Shown: positions 55,135 to 62,222, counted from the first letter of the stretch. The stretch is 64,000 nucleotides of DNA from an uncultured Candidatus Saccharibacteria bacterium (GCA_964642835.1 CAZXQA010000001.1:68219-132218); one strand, 5' to 3'. Program-made: numbers and translations. The notes: generated from the letters alone by a model not told the origin.

Positions 55135-55712
55135 CGGACTCTTACTTTACTTGCAATAGGGTGAGTCCTTTTCTCAAAAGCTCGCTCGATATAAGCATTG
55201 GGATCGGCAACAAAGTCGTCCCATTTTACGAGAACGCCGTATCGTTCATCTTCTGTGTGATGGCATTTGTCCTCGTGAATAAAATAGTTTCGATGAAATT
55301 CCTTGATAGTAGTACTGTCATTAACATATACAACACTAATCGGAGTACCGCATCCTCCGCAGGAAGAGGGTGATCCAAAGACACGGTCATACATCTTAGG
55401 GAGCACAATTCCAAGAATGCCGCTTCGAGGATTATTCTCTCCGTCGTAAAGAGAAGCTTGAAGCTCTCGTTTGATAAATTTTTGCTCATCCCACCCAAGA
55501 TTCTCTGCGCTGTTCTCTCCGATAAGGTGAAGTGTTACGGTTGAATCCGAGAGGTATTCCTCACGGATCTTTCGCATGATGTAATCCTCGTCATCTGAAT
55601 CAATAGCTTCGTCCAGAGACTTATCAATCATGTCGAGGCCGGGCATAGCTTGAATTGCCAGTTTGTACGCTAGATCCTCAGTTTTAAAAGATATAAAGCC
55701 TTTTCTCGCCAT
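55128..55712 (-). CDS. TIR-like domain protein, ThsB-like (DUF1863/MTH538 type)
   Basis: MARKGFISFKTEDLAYKLAIQ (beta-A VFISF..D) ... STVTLHLIGENSAENLGWDEQKFIKRELQAS ... GILGIVLP closely parallels the ThsB pattern (KRVFFSFHYQD ... VLIGSQTFNRRWVRYEI ... IIGI). C-terminal Cys/His cluster SSCGGCGTP...HEDKCHH. Confidence 0.6.
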   Translation of the reverse strand: MARKGFISFKTEDLAYKLAIQAMPGLDMIDKSLDEAIDSDDEDYIMRKIREEYLSDSTVTLHLIGENSAENLGWDEQKFIKRELQASLYDGENNPRSGILGIVLPKMYDRVFGSPSSCGGCGTPISVVYVNDSTTIKEFHRNYFIHEDKCHHTEDERYGVLVKWDDFVADPNAYIERAFEKRTHPIASKVRVRC

Positions 55713-55863
55713 GATGTTGAGTGGTTATTATTAGGTGGCTCTAAAATACCACAAATAAGCCGCTAAGTCTGCAAGCCTAGACTGGTTCCAACCTCGTACC
55801 AGACGGCGCACACTAGACTTTTTGTGTTTTCAATGTAAGGTGGTGTTCGGAAAGGAGAGAGTG

Positions 55864-56091
55864 ATGACTGAAACAACGCTTCTTGAAGAGTACGAATCCT
55901 ATGAAGGAACCTACCGCTTGGCGAGTCTTCCGAGCGGAGATCTTAAGGGGATCCTCTTCACTCTCATCAGCGACATGCGTTTAAGACCGGCGTTCGGTGG
56001 TCTCTGGGAGCAATTAAATCGAGCCAGCAAAGAAGACTGGCTTCAGAGGTGGCTGAAGGCCGTTTCTCATGCCCGCGAAGAGCCTGCGTAA
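55864..56091 (+). CDS. hypothetical protein
   Basis: Start at MTETTLL with GGAAAGGAGAGAG upstream. 75 aa. No family recognised. Confidence 0.3.
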   Translation: MTETTLLEEYESYEGTYRLASLPSGDLKGILFTLISDMRLRPAFGGLWEQLNRASKEDWLQRWLKAVSHAREEPA

Positions 56092-56233
56092 TGCAAGCTC
56101 AACGCGGGCTCTTCTATTTTAATACGGTTCCAACTTCGTACCAGACGGTGCACAGTATAAAAAATAACTCGTCTTGCACGGGTTATTTTTTATACTGCCG
56201 GAAAGTAGGTGAGAAAGGCGGAGGCCGACGGGC

Positions 56234-56388
56234 CGAGCCGGGGTCGCGCGAAAATTCAGCAGAATTTTATGCGTGACCGAAAGTGTACTCACGCCCCTGC
56301 CCGGCGCACAATGTTTGAAAATCACTATTTTTAGAAGCCTTTGCGAGTATATCGTAAGGGCTTTTAAACTTAATTTGAGCCACATTTC
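56234..56388. repeat. direct repeat copy 2 (155 bp, identical to 53210..53364)
   Basis: Exact copy. In the recombinase frame it again encodes the last ~50 codons of the serine recombinase, so it is a second recombinase 3' remnant. Confidence 0.9.
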
Positions 56389-56443
56389 CATATTTGAGAG
56401 AAAGGTTCCAATAAAGGCTTAATATTACATATAATTCTACATA

Positions 56444-56473
56444 TTGACTTTTGGGTACATTGTATGGTATGAT
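56444..56473 (+). promoter_or_regulatory. near-consensus sigma70 promoter TTGACT-18-TATGAT
   Basis: TTGACTtttgggtacattgtatggTATGAT, upstream of the 56543 ORF. Confidence 0.4.
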
Positions 56474-56542
56474 AGATATAGGTAAGCATTTCGTTTACCT
56501 CCCTACTGCAGGGTATGCAGAGTTCTTTCAGAGAGGTGAAGT

Positions 56543-56773
56543 ATGACCGAAGAGAGAAAGGGGCAGATCGCTCTTCTTCTGCTCAAGGACAGGCTCCGCA
56601 ATGAAGGCGTCCGACTCAAGCCCGACATGAAGCGGGAGATCGGAAACCAGGCAACCAAGATCGGCGTGCCGATCGAGGAAGCCATGCAGTTCGTCGAAGG
56701 TCTGGTCCGCGAGATGGTGGAAGAAGTCTTCCCACCTCGCTCGTTCAGCTCCGTCAATCCCGATAACACCTAA
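56543..56773 (+). CDS. hypothetical small protein
   Basis: 76-aa ORF with GAGAGGTGAAG RBS, GC-rich. No family recognised. Confidence 0.35.
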   Translation: MTEERKGQIALLLLKDRLRNEGVRLKPDMKREIGNQATKIGVPIEEAMQFVEGLVREMVEEVFPPRSFSSVNPDNT

Positions 56774-56885
56774 TCGGGAAATAGAACACTAGGGTGAACC
56801 GCAAGGTTCCTAAAAGGGTAATTCCAACTCGTCGGAAGACTTAGTTGGAGGATAAGAACCTATCCCCGCGTTCTACCGCAACACC

Positions 56886-56925
56886 CCCCCTCGCTTAGCT
56901 TCGGCTGAGCGAGGGGTTTCTTTTT
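56886..56925 (+). terminator. rho-independent terminator
   Basis: CCTCGCTTAGCttcgGCTGAGCGAGG followed by GGTTTCTTTTT. Confidence 0.5.
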
Positions 56926-57018
56926 ATCTAATTTATATTTCATTTTTCTGCCGGTACAGATTTTGACACCGTGTAATCTTTAATGTATTTTTCTCCGTGG
57001 AAAGAGGGGTGATCTGAG

Positions 57019-57531
57019 ATGATCAAAGATGCCGATACTGAAGCTTTCTTCCTGAAGGCAATGCGTTCGGGCTATGCCGGCGGCGGTGTGGGGAAGACCA
57101 TGACTCTGCCGGACGTGAGGCCAAGCACCAAGGAGATCCGATATGTTCTTGGGGACTGGCTTCTCATCGACGAGTGGAACGTCAATCGGGATACGAACAA
57201 GTCCACTGGCGTGACACGCATCTGGCACGATGGCACACTCGTCTGGTGCATGAGTTATGGCGGGTATTACCCGGACTCTGTGACCAGATTCCTCAAGGTG
57301 GCACTTCGTCATCAGTACTCTTGTGAGGGCTCCTTCAAAGGTGGTCGTGGCCCCGTGCGATGCGTGGCTTCTGATCTTCTCTTTTCTGAAGAACCCGGTC
57401 TCGTCTACACGAACGAGTGCCACGGTAATTTTTGGCACTTCAGTGGCAAGGAAAGGATTTTTGCCCCACAGCTCCTCGCAGGCGATGCGGTGATCGGTTA
57501 CCACGATTACTGGGGCATGAGCCTTCTCTAG
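57019..57531 (+). CDS. hypothetical protein
   Basis: 170-aa soluble ORF (...GYAGGGVGKTMTLPD...). A terminator follows. No family assignable. Confidence 0.4.
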   Translation: MIKDADTEAFFLKAMRSGYAGGGVGKTMTLPDVRPSTKEIRYVLGDWLLIDEWNVNRDTNKSTGVTRIWHDGTLVWCMSYGGYYPDSVTRFLKVALRHQYSCEGSFKGGRGPVRCVASDLLFSEEPGLVYTNECHGNFWHFSGKERIFAPQLLAGDAVIGYHDYWGMSLL

Positions 57532-57539
57532 CTCGCATG

Positions 57540-57581
57540 AATGGGCGCATTTCCTTCGGGGAGTGCGCCCATTATTTTTTT
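57540..57581 (+). terminator. rho-independent terminator
   Basis: AATGGGCGCAtttccttcggggagTGCGCCCATT followed by ATTTTTTTT. Confidence 0.55.
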
Positions 57582-57640
57582 GATTTCTATATGTAAAACC
57601 GGTTCCCGCACAAGGCGGAAACCGGTTAGGTGGGTGATGT

Positions 57641-57886
57641 CTAGCGCTTCTGCATGATGGAGCTCATCTCCTCAAAGATGTCTCCCAGTACAGGCTTCAG
57701 TGCCTTGTACCATAGGGCGCACATGCTCAGGTACACGGTGCTGTAGATGAAGATCTCAGCGAGGCCCCACGTACCCACCCAGACCTTCCAGAAGCTCATT
57801 CCCACGAAGCTGAGGGTGATGACACCGAAGGTTTTCTTCTTTTTGATGAACCCGACGAGTCTCTTCATAGAACGCTCCCGGACCAC
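57641..57886 (-). CDS. hypothetical small membrane protein
   Basis: 81 aa, a KKKK tract then two hydrophobic helices. An AACCGGTT...AACCGGTT hairpin lies downstream at 57597-57630. Confidence 0.3.
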   Translation of the reverse strand: MVRERSMKRLVGFIKKKKTFGVITLSFVGMSFWKVWVGTWGLAEIFIYSTVYLSMCALWYKALKPVLGDIFEEMSSIMQKR

Positions 57887-57968
57887 TTTACCTAAAAACT
57901 TTCGACTTGCAAAAGTCGTGGTTTAAGCGTAATACGGATAGAGACTCGTCTAGGAGAGGGAGAGGCGC

Positions 57969-58253
57969 ATGCTTAAGGTGCTTATTGTAGCTCTCGGGAT
58001 CGTTTCCACATTCACATTCGAAGTCTGGCAGAGAACCGACGAATTGCGCAAGGAGATAGCGGCCTTGCAATTGAAAGACGCTCGACAGGATGATGTTCGC
58101 AGCGCCGAATGGGTGGCCGAGGTGCTCGCGCGTTACCCGGAGAAGGATCTTGCCCGTGATCTCTGCATGGAAGGGAATCCACCAAGGCCCATCACTAACC
58201 CCCTCGATAGGGAGTACATGCTCTACTCCTTCGTGCGACAAAAGATAGACTGA
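57969..58253 (+). CDS. hypothetical small membrane-anchored protein
   Basis: N-terminal TM helix (MLKVLIVALGIVSTFTF). A terminator follows. Confidence 0.3.
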   Translation: MLKVLIVALGIVSTFTFEVWQRTDELRKEIAALQLKDARQDDVRSAEWVAEVLARYPEKDLARDLCMEGNPPRPITNPLDREYMLYSFVRQKID

Positions 58254-58259
58254 TTCTAA

Positions 58260-58289
58260 GGGCGGCTCCTCCGGAGCCGCCCTTTTTTA
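58260..58289 (+). terminator. rho-independent terminator
   Basis: GGGCGGCTCCtccGGAGCCGCCC followed by TTTTTTAT. Confidence 0.55.
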
Positions 58290-58336
58290 TTGCATAAATA
58301 AAAAGCTGACACGCGGGGCGCATGTCAGCTTCGTGT

Positions 58337-58627
58337 CTATCTTTTCCTGGAACTGTGAAGTTCCCGATACGGAATCCCATCGAACCAGTCCAAGAATGGC
58401 GCGATGGGGTATTTCCACAGGAGTCCCAGAGAAAGGGTGACCAGGAACCCGCCGAGGATGTGCCAGAGGAGGTGTTCGTATCCGCTTCTTGTTGCCGCGA
58501 ATCCAACGATCTCGTGGAATTTCTCATCCTTGATGAGACTCCACCAGACGAGGATGGGTGTGAAAACGAGGAAGTGCAGGATTGCCCCGACTGCACTCAT
58601 ATTGAAGAACCTGAGTAAGGTCGCCAT
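58337..58627 (-). CDS. hypothetical membrane protein
   Basis: Start at MATLLRFF with AGGAGG 6 nt upstream. Three hydrophobic helices. Confidence 0.4.
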   Translation of the reverse strand: MATLLRFFNMSAVGAILHFLVFTPILVWWSLIKDEKFHEIVGFAATRSGYEHLLWHILGGFLVTLSLGLLWKYPIAPFLDWFDGIPYRELHSSRKR

Positions 58628-58724
58628 AGAGCCTCCTGAATGGTCTGGGGCCACTGTACCTCAAATATCCTTCTCCTTCAATCCCTACTTGCAAACCTCG
58701 GGAAATACGGTAATCTAATAGCCT

Positions 58725-58898
58725 ATGTCACAGAAGCACCTCATCAAGCTTGTCTCCGTCGGAGACGCCAGGGGCGTGGGCAAAGGCCACACGTATTATT
58801 CGACCAAGAACAAGAAGTCCGTTGAGCGCAAGATCGAGCTCAAGAAGTACAACCCCGTTGCAAGGAAGCACACGATCTATAAGGAAAAGAAAGCCTAA
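58725..58898 (+). CDS. rpmG: 50S ribosomal protein L33 (absent from the ORF track)
   Basis: MSQKHLIKLVSVGDARGVGKGHTYYSTKNKKSVERKIELKKYNPVARKHTIYKEKKA matches L33 (..IKL.S.....Y.T.KNK....KLEL.K.DP..R.H..YKE.K). Confidence 0.8.
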   Translation: MSQKHLIKLVSVGDARGVGKGHTYYSTKNKKSVERKIELKKYNPVARKHTIYKEKKA

Positions 58899-58903
58899 CA
58901 AAA

Positions 58904-58927
58904 ATCCCTCCAATTGGAGGGATTTTT
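58904..58927 (+). terminator. rho-independent terminator
   Basis: ATCCCTCCaattGGAGGGAT followed by TTTTGTTT. Confidence 0.55.
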
Positions 58928-58957
58928 GTTTAACGCTGTGTTAGGATAATCGCGTTG

Positions 58958-59028
58958 GGGCGATTAGTTTAATGGTAGAACAGCGGCCTCCAAATCCGCT
59001 GGTGGGGGTTCGATTCCCTCATCGCCCG
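58958..59028 (+). tRNA. tRNA-Trp(CCA)
   Basis: Acceptor GGGCGAT/ATCGCCC, D-arm GTTT-AATGGTA-GAAC, anticodon loop CTCCAAA (one C-U mismatch closing the stem), T-loop TTCGATT. Confidence 0.7.
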
Positions 59029-59031
59029 CCG

Positions 59032-59643
59032 ATGAATATTCTCTTCGATGTCGAGCAACTTCTAAGAACGTACGGTTATGTTGGCGTGTTTCTGATCGTC
59101 TTTCTCGAATCCGGCATCTTCTTCGCGCTCCCCGGGGACTCACTTCTCTTTACCGCGGGGCTCTTCGCCTCTCTTTCGGGACTCAATCTCTTTATTCTTA
59201 TTCCCGCCATCTTCCTCGCTACGTTCCTGGGCGGATTGGTTGGATATCGGATCGGGGTCTATATCGAGAGCCTGCATCGATACGCCTTCTTTCGCAAAAT
59301 TTTGAAGCCGGAGTACATCGCCAAGGCGCATGAGTTCTTCGTGGAGCACGGTAAGGGCGCCATTCTTATTTCTCGCTTCGTGCCGCTTATGCGTACCTTC
59401 GCTCCGATCGCCGCAGGGATCGCGCGGATGCCACACGCCAAGTTCGTGCGCTACAGCTTCTTCTCCTCGCTTCTCTGGTCGCTCTCAATTACCCTTTTGG
59501 GATATTTCTTAGGGCAGATCTTCCCGCAGATTACCAACTATCTCCACTTCGTCGTTATCGGAATCGTCGTTGTCTCTCTTATTCCATTTCTGACAGAATG
59601 GCTGCGTAGGCGTCTGAAGCGCTCGCGAACCACCGGATCTTAG
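59032..59643 (+). CDS. dedA: DedA family membrane protein (VTT/SNARE-associated domain)
   Basis: Start at MNILFDV immediately after tRNA-Trp. FFALPGDSLLFTAGLFAS...ISRFVPLMRTFAPIAAGIARM DedA motifs. The track ORF is 5'-extended into the tRNA. Confidence 0.8.
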   Translation: MNILFDVEQLLRTYGYVGVFLIVFLESGIFFALPGDSLLFTAGLFASLSGLNLFILIPAIFLATFLGGLVGYRIGVYIESLHRYAFFRKILKPEYIAKAHEFFVEHGKGAILISRFVPLMRTFAPIAAGIARMPHAKFVRYSFFSSLLWSLSITLLGYFLGQIFPQITNYLHFVVIGIVVVSLIPFLTEWLRRRLKRSRTTGS

Positions 59644-60436
59644 AGTTGCGTTTGAACCACGTCATCTGACGACGAGCGTACTGGCGAATGGCGGTATTGA
59701 GTTCCTCAACAAATTCTTTCCTACTCAATTTCTTTTGGAGATAGAGAGAAGCGAAGCGGTATTCGAGGCCGAGATCCTGAGCGCGTTTCTTGGAGAGTTT
59801 TTTTGTCTCGCGGATAATCCCGGGGATTCTGTCGAGTAATCTTTTATAAATTCTTTTCTCGAGGTCTGTGGGGTAGAGGCCGATGTAGACACAATCTTTC
59901 CTTGCCTTCTTTGTATCAAGAGAGGGAACCTTCCCTAGCGCCGCGACAATCTCAAGCGCGCGAATGACTCTCACTTTATTTCGCCAATCAATCTGCTTCG
60001 CGCGGGCGGGATCTTTTTTCTTGAGCTGTTTATAAAGCGTTTCTGCAGAAAGCTTTTCTAACTCTTTGCGCAGTTTCTTGTTCGGTGGGACTTCCGGCAA
60101 CACAAAGCCGTGGCAGAGAGCGTCGATATAGAAGCCCGTGCCGCCAACGACAACAGGGAGCTTCTCGCGCCTCTGGATATCTTCGAGAGCCTCGTTTGCA
60201 AGAGTTTGGTACTCTGCCACGCTGAATTGCTTCTTAGGGTCGGCGACGTCGAGGAGGTGGTGGGGGATGCCGCGCATCTCTTTCTGTGTTACCTTGCCAG
60301 TGCCGATGTTTAATCCTTTATATACTTGTCGCGAATCGGCGGAAATAACTTCGCCCTTAAGTTTCTTCGCCAGGCGAATAGCCAGGGCACTCTTGCCCGA
60401 GGCGGTCGGACCCACTATGGCTAAAACCTTCTTCAT
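59579..60436 (-). CDS. miaA: tRNA dimethylallyltransferase
   Basis: Start at MKKVLAIVGPTASGKSALAI (P-loop) ...ISADSRQVYKGLNIGT...; the 5' extension over tRNA-Leu is rejected. The 3' end overlaps dedA by 65 nt. Confidence 0.9.
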   Translation of the reverse strand: MKKVLAIVGPTASGKSALAIRLAKKLKGEVISADSRQVYKGLNIGTGKVTQKEMRGIPHHLLDVADPKKQFSVAEYQTLANEALEDIQRREKLPVVVGGTGFYIDALCHGFVLPEVPPNKKLRKELEKLSAETLYKQLKKKDPARAKQIDWRNKVRVIRALEIVAALGKVPSLDTKKARKDCVYIGLYPTDLEKRIYKRLLDRIPGIIRETKKLSKKRAQDLGLEYRFASLYLQKKLSRKEFVEELNTAIRQYARRQMTWFKRNSKIRWFASASDAYAAILSEME

Positions 60437-60440
60437 ATCT

Positions 60441-60524
60441 TGGTGCCGGAGAGAGGACTCGAACCTCCACCCCTTTCGGAACACGATTTTGAGTCGTGCG
60501 CGTCTACCATTCCGCCACTCCGGC
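60441..60524 (-). tRNA. tRNA-Leu(CAA), encoded CCA
   Basis: Acceptor GCCGGAG/CTCCGGC, anticodon stem CACGA/TCGTG, loop CTCAAAA, long variable arm, T-loop TTCGAGT, 3' CCA. Confidence 0.8.
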
Positions 60525-60525
60525 A

Positions 60526-60765
60526 TTAATTGAAATGACCCTTAAGAAACTCTTTACCTTCTCCAGTTTTAAACCATTTTTCTCTTGCACGTGCACTTAT
60601 TCTATCGGGGAATCTTTCTGTGTACAGTAAGGTAAACGGAGCGTATGGCTTTGTTGTCTTATTGCTTCCTGAATTATGCTGACCAAATCTTCTCTCTAAG
60701 TTGTCGGAAATTCCCACGTACAGGTAGCGCCTATTTAAGCTTTTAAGTACGTAGACAAAGTACAT
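60526..60765 (-). CDS. GIY-YIG nuclease family protein (small stand-alone)
   Basis: MYFVYVLKSLNRRYLYVGISDNLERRFGQHN contains the GIY...YIG motifs. 79 aa. The 20-bp palindrome lies 14-33 nt upstream of its start. Confidence 0.75.
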   Translation of the reverse strand: MYFVYVLKSLNRRYLYVGISDNLERRFGQHNSGSNKTTKPYAPFTLLYTERFPDRISARAREKWFKTGEGKEFLKGHFN

Positions 60766-60778
60766 AATTCTCCGCCAC

Positions 60779-60798
60779 CCTGCCTGCCGGCAGGCAGG
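60779..60798. repeat. 20-bp perfect palindrome CCTGCCTGCCGGCAGGCAGG (copy 2, in the 5' leader of the GIY-YIG gene)
   Basis: Exact palindrome in the intergenic gap between the GIY-YIG gene and parB. Confidence 0.9.
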
Positions 60799-60850
60799 TC
60801 CGGCAATGAACTTCTACAAATTACCTTAATTTGGTGCTAAAATCTAGCAC

Positions 60851-61867
60851 ATGTCACAGTTCTACAACGACTCTATTTTCTGGATTGAGGTCGACAAGAT
60901 TAAACCCAATCCCTACCAACCTCGTCGCGACTTCGACGAAGCACAGTTGAAGTCTCTCTCCGACTCGATCCGCCAATACGGCGTGCTGCAGGCTCTTGTC
61001 GTGACGCGTAAGGAGTTCGAGAAGCCAGAGGGCGGCCTTGGTGTCGAGTACGAACTCGTGGCGGGCGAGCGTCGTCTCCGCGCTTCGAAGTTGGCTGGTC
61101 TCCAGCAGGTGCCGGTGCTTATTAGGAGCGCCGAGGACACCGACCTCATGAAGCTCGAGCTTGCCATCATCGAGAACATCCAGCGCGAAGATCTCTCGCC
61201 GGTAGATCGCGCCCATGCCTTCGACCGTCTTGTCAAAGAGTTCAGTCTCACTCACGCCGAGGTGGGTCGCAAGGTCGGCAAGAGTCGCGAATATGTCTCG
61301 AACACGCTTCGCATTCTCATGCTCCCGGAGTACATCCTCGCCGCGCTCTCAGAAGGGAAGATTACGGAAGGTCATACTCGTCCGCTCATGATGCTTATCG
61401 AGCGCCCTCAGGAGCAGGAAACGCTCTTTAAAGAAATTATTTTCAAGAAGTTAAACGTACGCGAATCCGAGAACATCGCGCGCAACATTGCCGTCGAGCG
61501 CGCTCGCAAACTTGTTGACCAAGAGCTTATCGAGATCGAAGGTCAGTTCAAGGAGCGTCTTGGGACGCGCGTTCGAATCGAGAAGAAGCCTACTCGCGCG
61601 GGCGAGCCGAGTGATGATGGTGGGGTACTGAAGATCGACTTCTTCAACAAAGAAGATTTGCGCACCATCCTTGAGCGCCTCGCCGCCGAAGTGAGCGCGC
61701 GAGCTGAGGCAGTGCCGGAGGCCGCGATGGAGCAGGAAGCTGCCACTGTTGCCGAGGAGGCAAGGCCCCTGACCGATGAGGAGAAGATTATGGCCGAGGA
61801 CAAGCCGCAGGCTGAGCAGGAGAATGAAGATGAGAATCTCTATTCCGTCTCAAATTTCAGTATCTAA
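60851..61867 (+). CDS. parB: ParB/Spo0J partition protein
   Basis: ParB box ...YELVAGERRLRASKLAGL..VPVLIR..., an HTH, and a C-terminal acidic tail. Confidence 0.85.
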   Translation: MSQFYNDSIFWIEVDKIKPNPYQPRRDFDEAQLKSLSDSIRQYGVLQALVVTRKEFEKPEGGLGVEYELVAGERRLRASKLAGLQQVPVLIRSAEDTDLMKLELAIIENIQREDLSPVDRAHAFDRLVKEFSLTHAEVGRKVGKSREYVSNTLRILMLPEYILAALSEGKITEGHTRPLMMLIERPQEQETLFKEIIFKKLNVRESENIARNIAVERARKLVDQELIEIEGQFKERLGTRVRIEKKPTRAGEPSDDGGVLKIDFFNKEDLRTILERLAAEVSARAEAVPEAAMEQEAATVAEEARPLTDEEKIMAEDKPQAEQENEDENLYSVSNFSI

Positions 61868-61958
61868 GCCGTTTTCTAGGGCTTGACTTTTTGATATTAA
61901 GTGTGATATAATACAGATAGAACGTTCGGGATTTACCCGAATGACTTTGGAGGTTCGA

Positions 61959-62174
61959 ATGCAACTCGAAACAATTGTGCGTCGCACAGGAATGGTTTTG
62001 ACCGAGCAAACGGCTCCAGAACATGTCCGCGCCTGCGTCATCGGCGCGGGGGCTCCCCGGATCGTTTTCGACGGACAGATTTGGGAAGAGCCGGCGAGCC
62101 GACCCGTTGCAACCCAGATTGAAAACGCAATTTACATTGCGCGGCATCTGGGCTTGCCGATCAAGGAATCCTGA
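61959..62174 (+). CDS. hypothetical small protein
   Basis: Start at MQLETIV with TGGAGGT 5 nt upstream. 71 aa. A terminator follows. Confidence 0.3.
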   Translation: MQLETIVRRTGMVLTEQTAPEHVRACVIGAGAPRIVFDGQIWEEPASRPVATQIENAIYIARHLGLPIKES

Positions 62175-62191
62175 TTCACGCCCGTCTCAAG

Positions 62192-62222
62192 AGGCACCCT
62201 TCACCGGGTGCCTTATTTTTAT
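62192..62222 (+). terminator. rho-independent terminator
   Basis: AGGCACCCttcaccGGGTGCCT followed by TATTTTTATTT. Abuts the topA stop. Confidence 0.55.

Larger units (their letters stand above)
53119..56388. mobile_element. degraded integrative element(s) at the tRNA-Tyr 3' end, bounded by 155-bp direct repeats
   Basis: tRNA-Tyr att-like core CCCGGCGCACA, two perfect 155-bp direct repeats, a truncated serine recombinase, and a GC-rich foreign ORF and AT-rich TIR/SLATT genes embedded in a ~55% GC context. Confidence 0.6.

Noticed and set aside
53210-56388. 155-bp direct repeats as possible IS element terminal repeats or CRISPR-like repeats
   Set aside because: They are direct, not inverted. 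Only two copies separated by 2.9 kb. They contain the tRNA-Tyr 3' core and a recombinase 3' end. So they fit att-site/element-end duplication, not IS inverted repeats or a CRISPR array.
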